IMG/VR virus record: IMGVR_UViG_3300020045_013145
Coordinates: 1-35,687 of that record
DNA from: a virus
Lineage: Duplodnaviria; Caudoviricetes
Reading direction: 5' to 3' (one strand)
Length of the DNA: 35,687 bases
The stretch's first letter is position 1, and each line of letters begins with the position of its first letter. Under the pieces are notes generated by a model. That model ran no database searches. It was not told the DNA's origin and saw only the letters and a list, made by a program, of their open reading frames with translations. Shown here piece by piece: positions 35,567 through 35,687 of the stretch. Both the position numbers and the translations under genes were made by a program.

Positions 35567-35687
35567 GTGGGTGTGAATGTGAAGAGGTGTACATGGTTGA
35601 TCCAATTGAGCAAACGATCCAACCATGGCCATCGATAGATGATGTAGCAGCATGATAAGGAAAGCTAAACATGAAGGTTCAAGGCAA
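35567..35687. repeat. 121 bp exact direct copy of 33938-34058 at contig end; probable chimera
   Basis: Direct comparison; junction interrupts an ORF starting at 35513. Confidence 0.9.

Noticed and set aside
1-35687. Genome-wide amber recoding, suggested by the CUA loop
   Set aside because: Core genes are intact in the standard code and TAG is used as a normal stop (e.g. 5855, 8196, portal, terL)

Overview
This window is a near-complete (~35.5 kb), circularly permuted genome of a podovirus-type tailed phage. The host is probably a gammaproteobacterium, inferred from an RpoE-like sigma factor and a dif-like site. The + strand at 95-8196 and 32524-35566 carries small early/accessory genes: ParB-like + ABC-ATPase/GNAT, three Lar-like proteins, ERF recombinase, SSB-like, RHH regulators, RusA, cupin and YopX. 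The - strand at 8197-31907 carries a replication initiator, a fourth Lar-like protein, TerS/TerL, P22-like portal, scaffold, N4-gp56-type major capsid, decoration protein, adaptor, nozzle, ejection proteins, tail fibre and lysis genes. No integrase or CI repressor is visible. Both contig ends carry short chimeric duplications, probably artefacts. The best leads are: (1) a TPR-glycosyltransferase / SAM-methyltransferase / GT8-like cluster between capsid and adaptor genes, a candidate virion glycosylation system; (2) a ~560 bp array of tRNA-like mini-RNAs, several with tRNA-Gly-type GCG...CGC-UCCA acceptor ends, between scaffold and capsid and next to an antisense ECF sigma gene and a dif/att-like site; (3) a tail-fibre repeat domain inserted in the head-tail adaptor; (4) a 594 bp insertion that duplicated the terL start; (5) a ParB + ABC-GNAT candidate DNA-modification pair. 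All protein calls come from motif recognition by eye, not from database searches.
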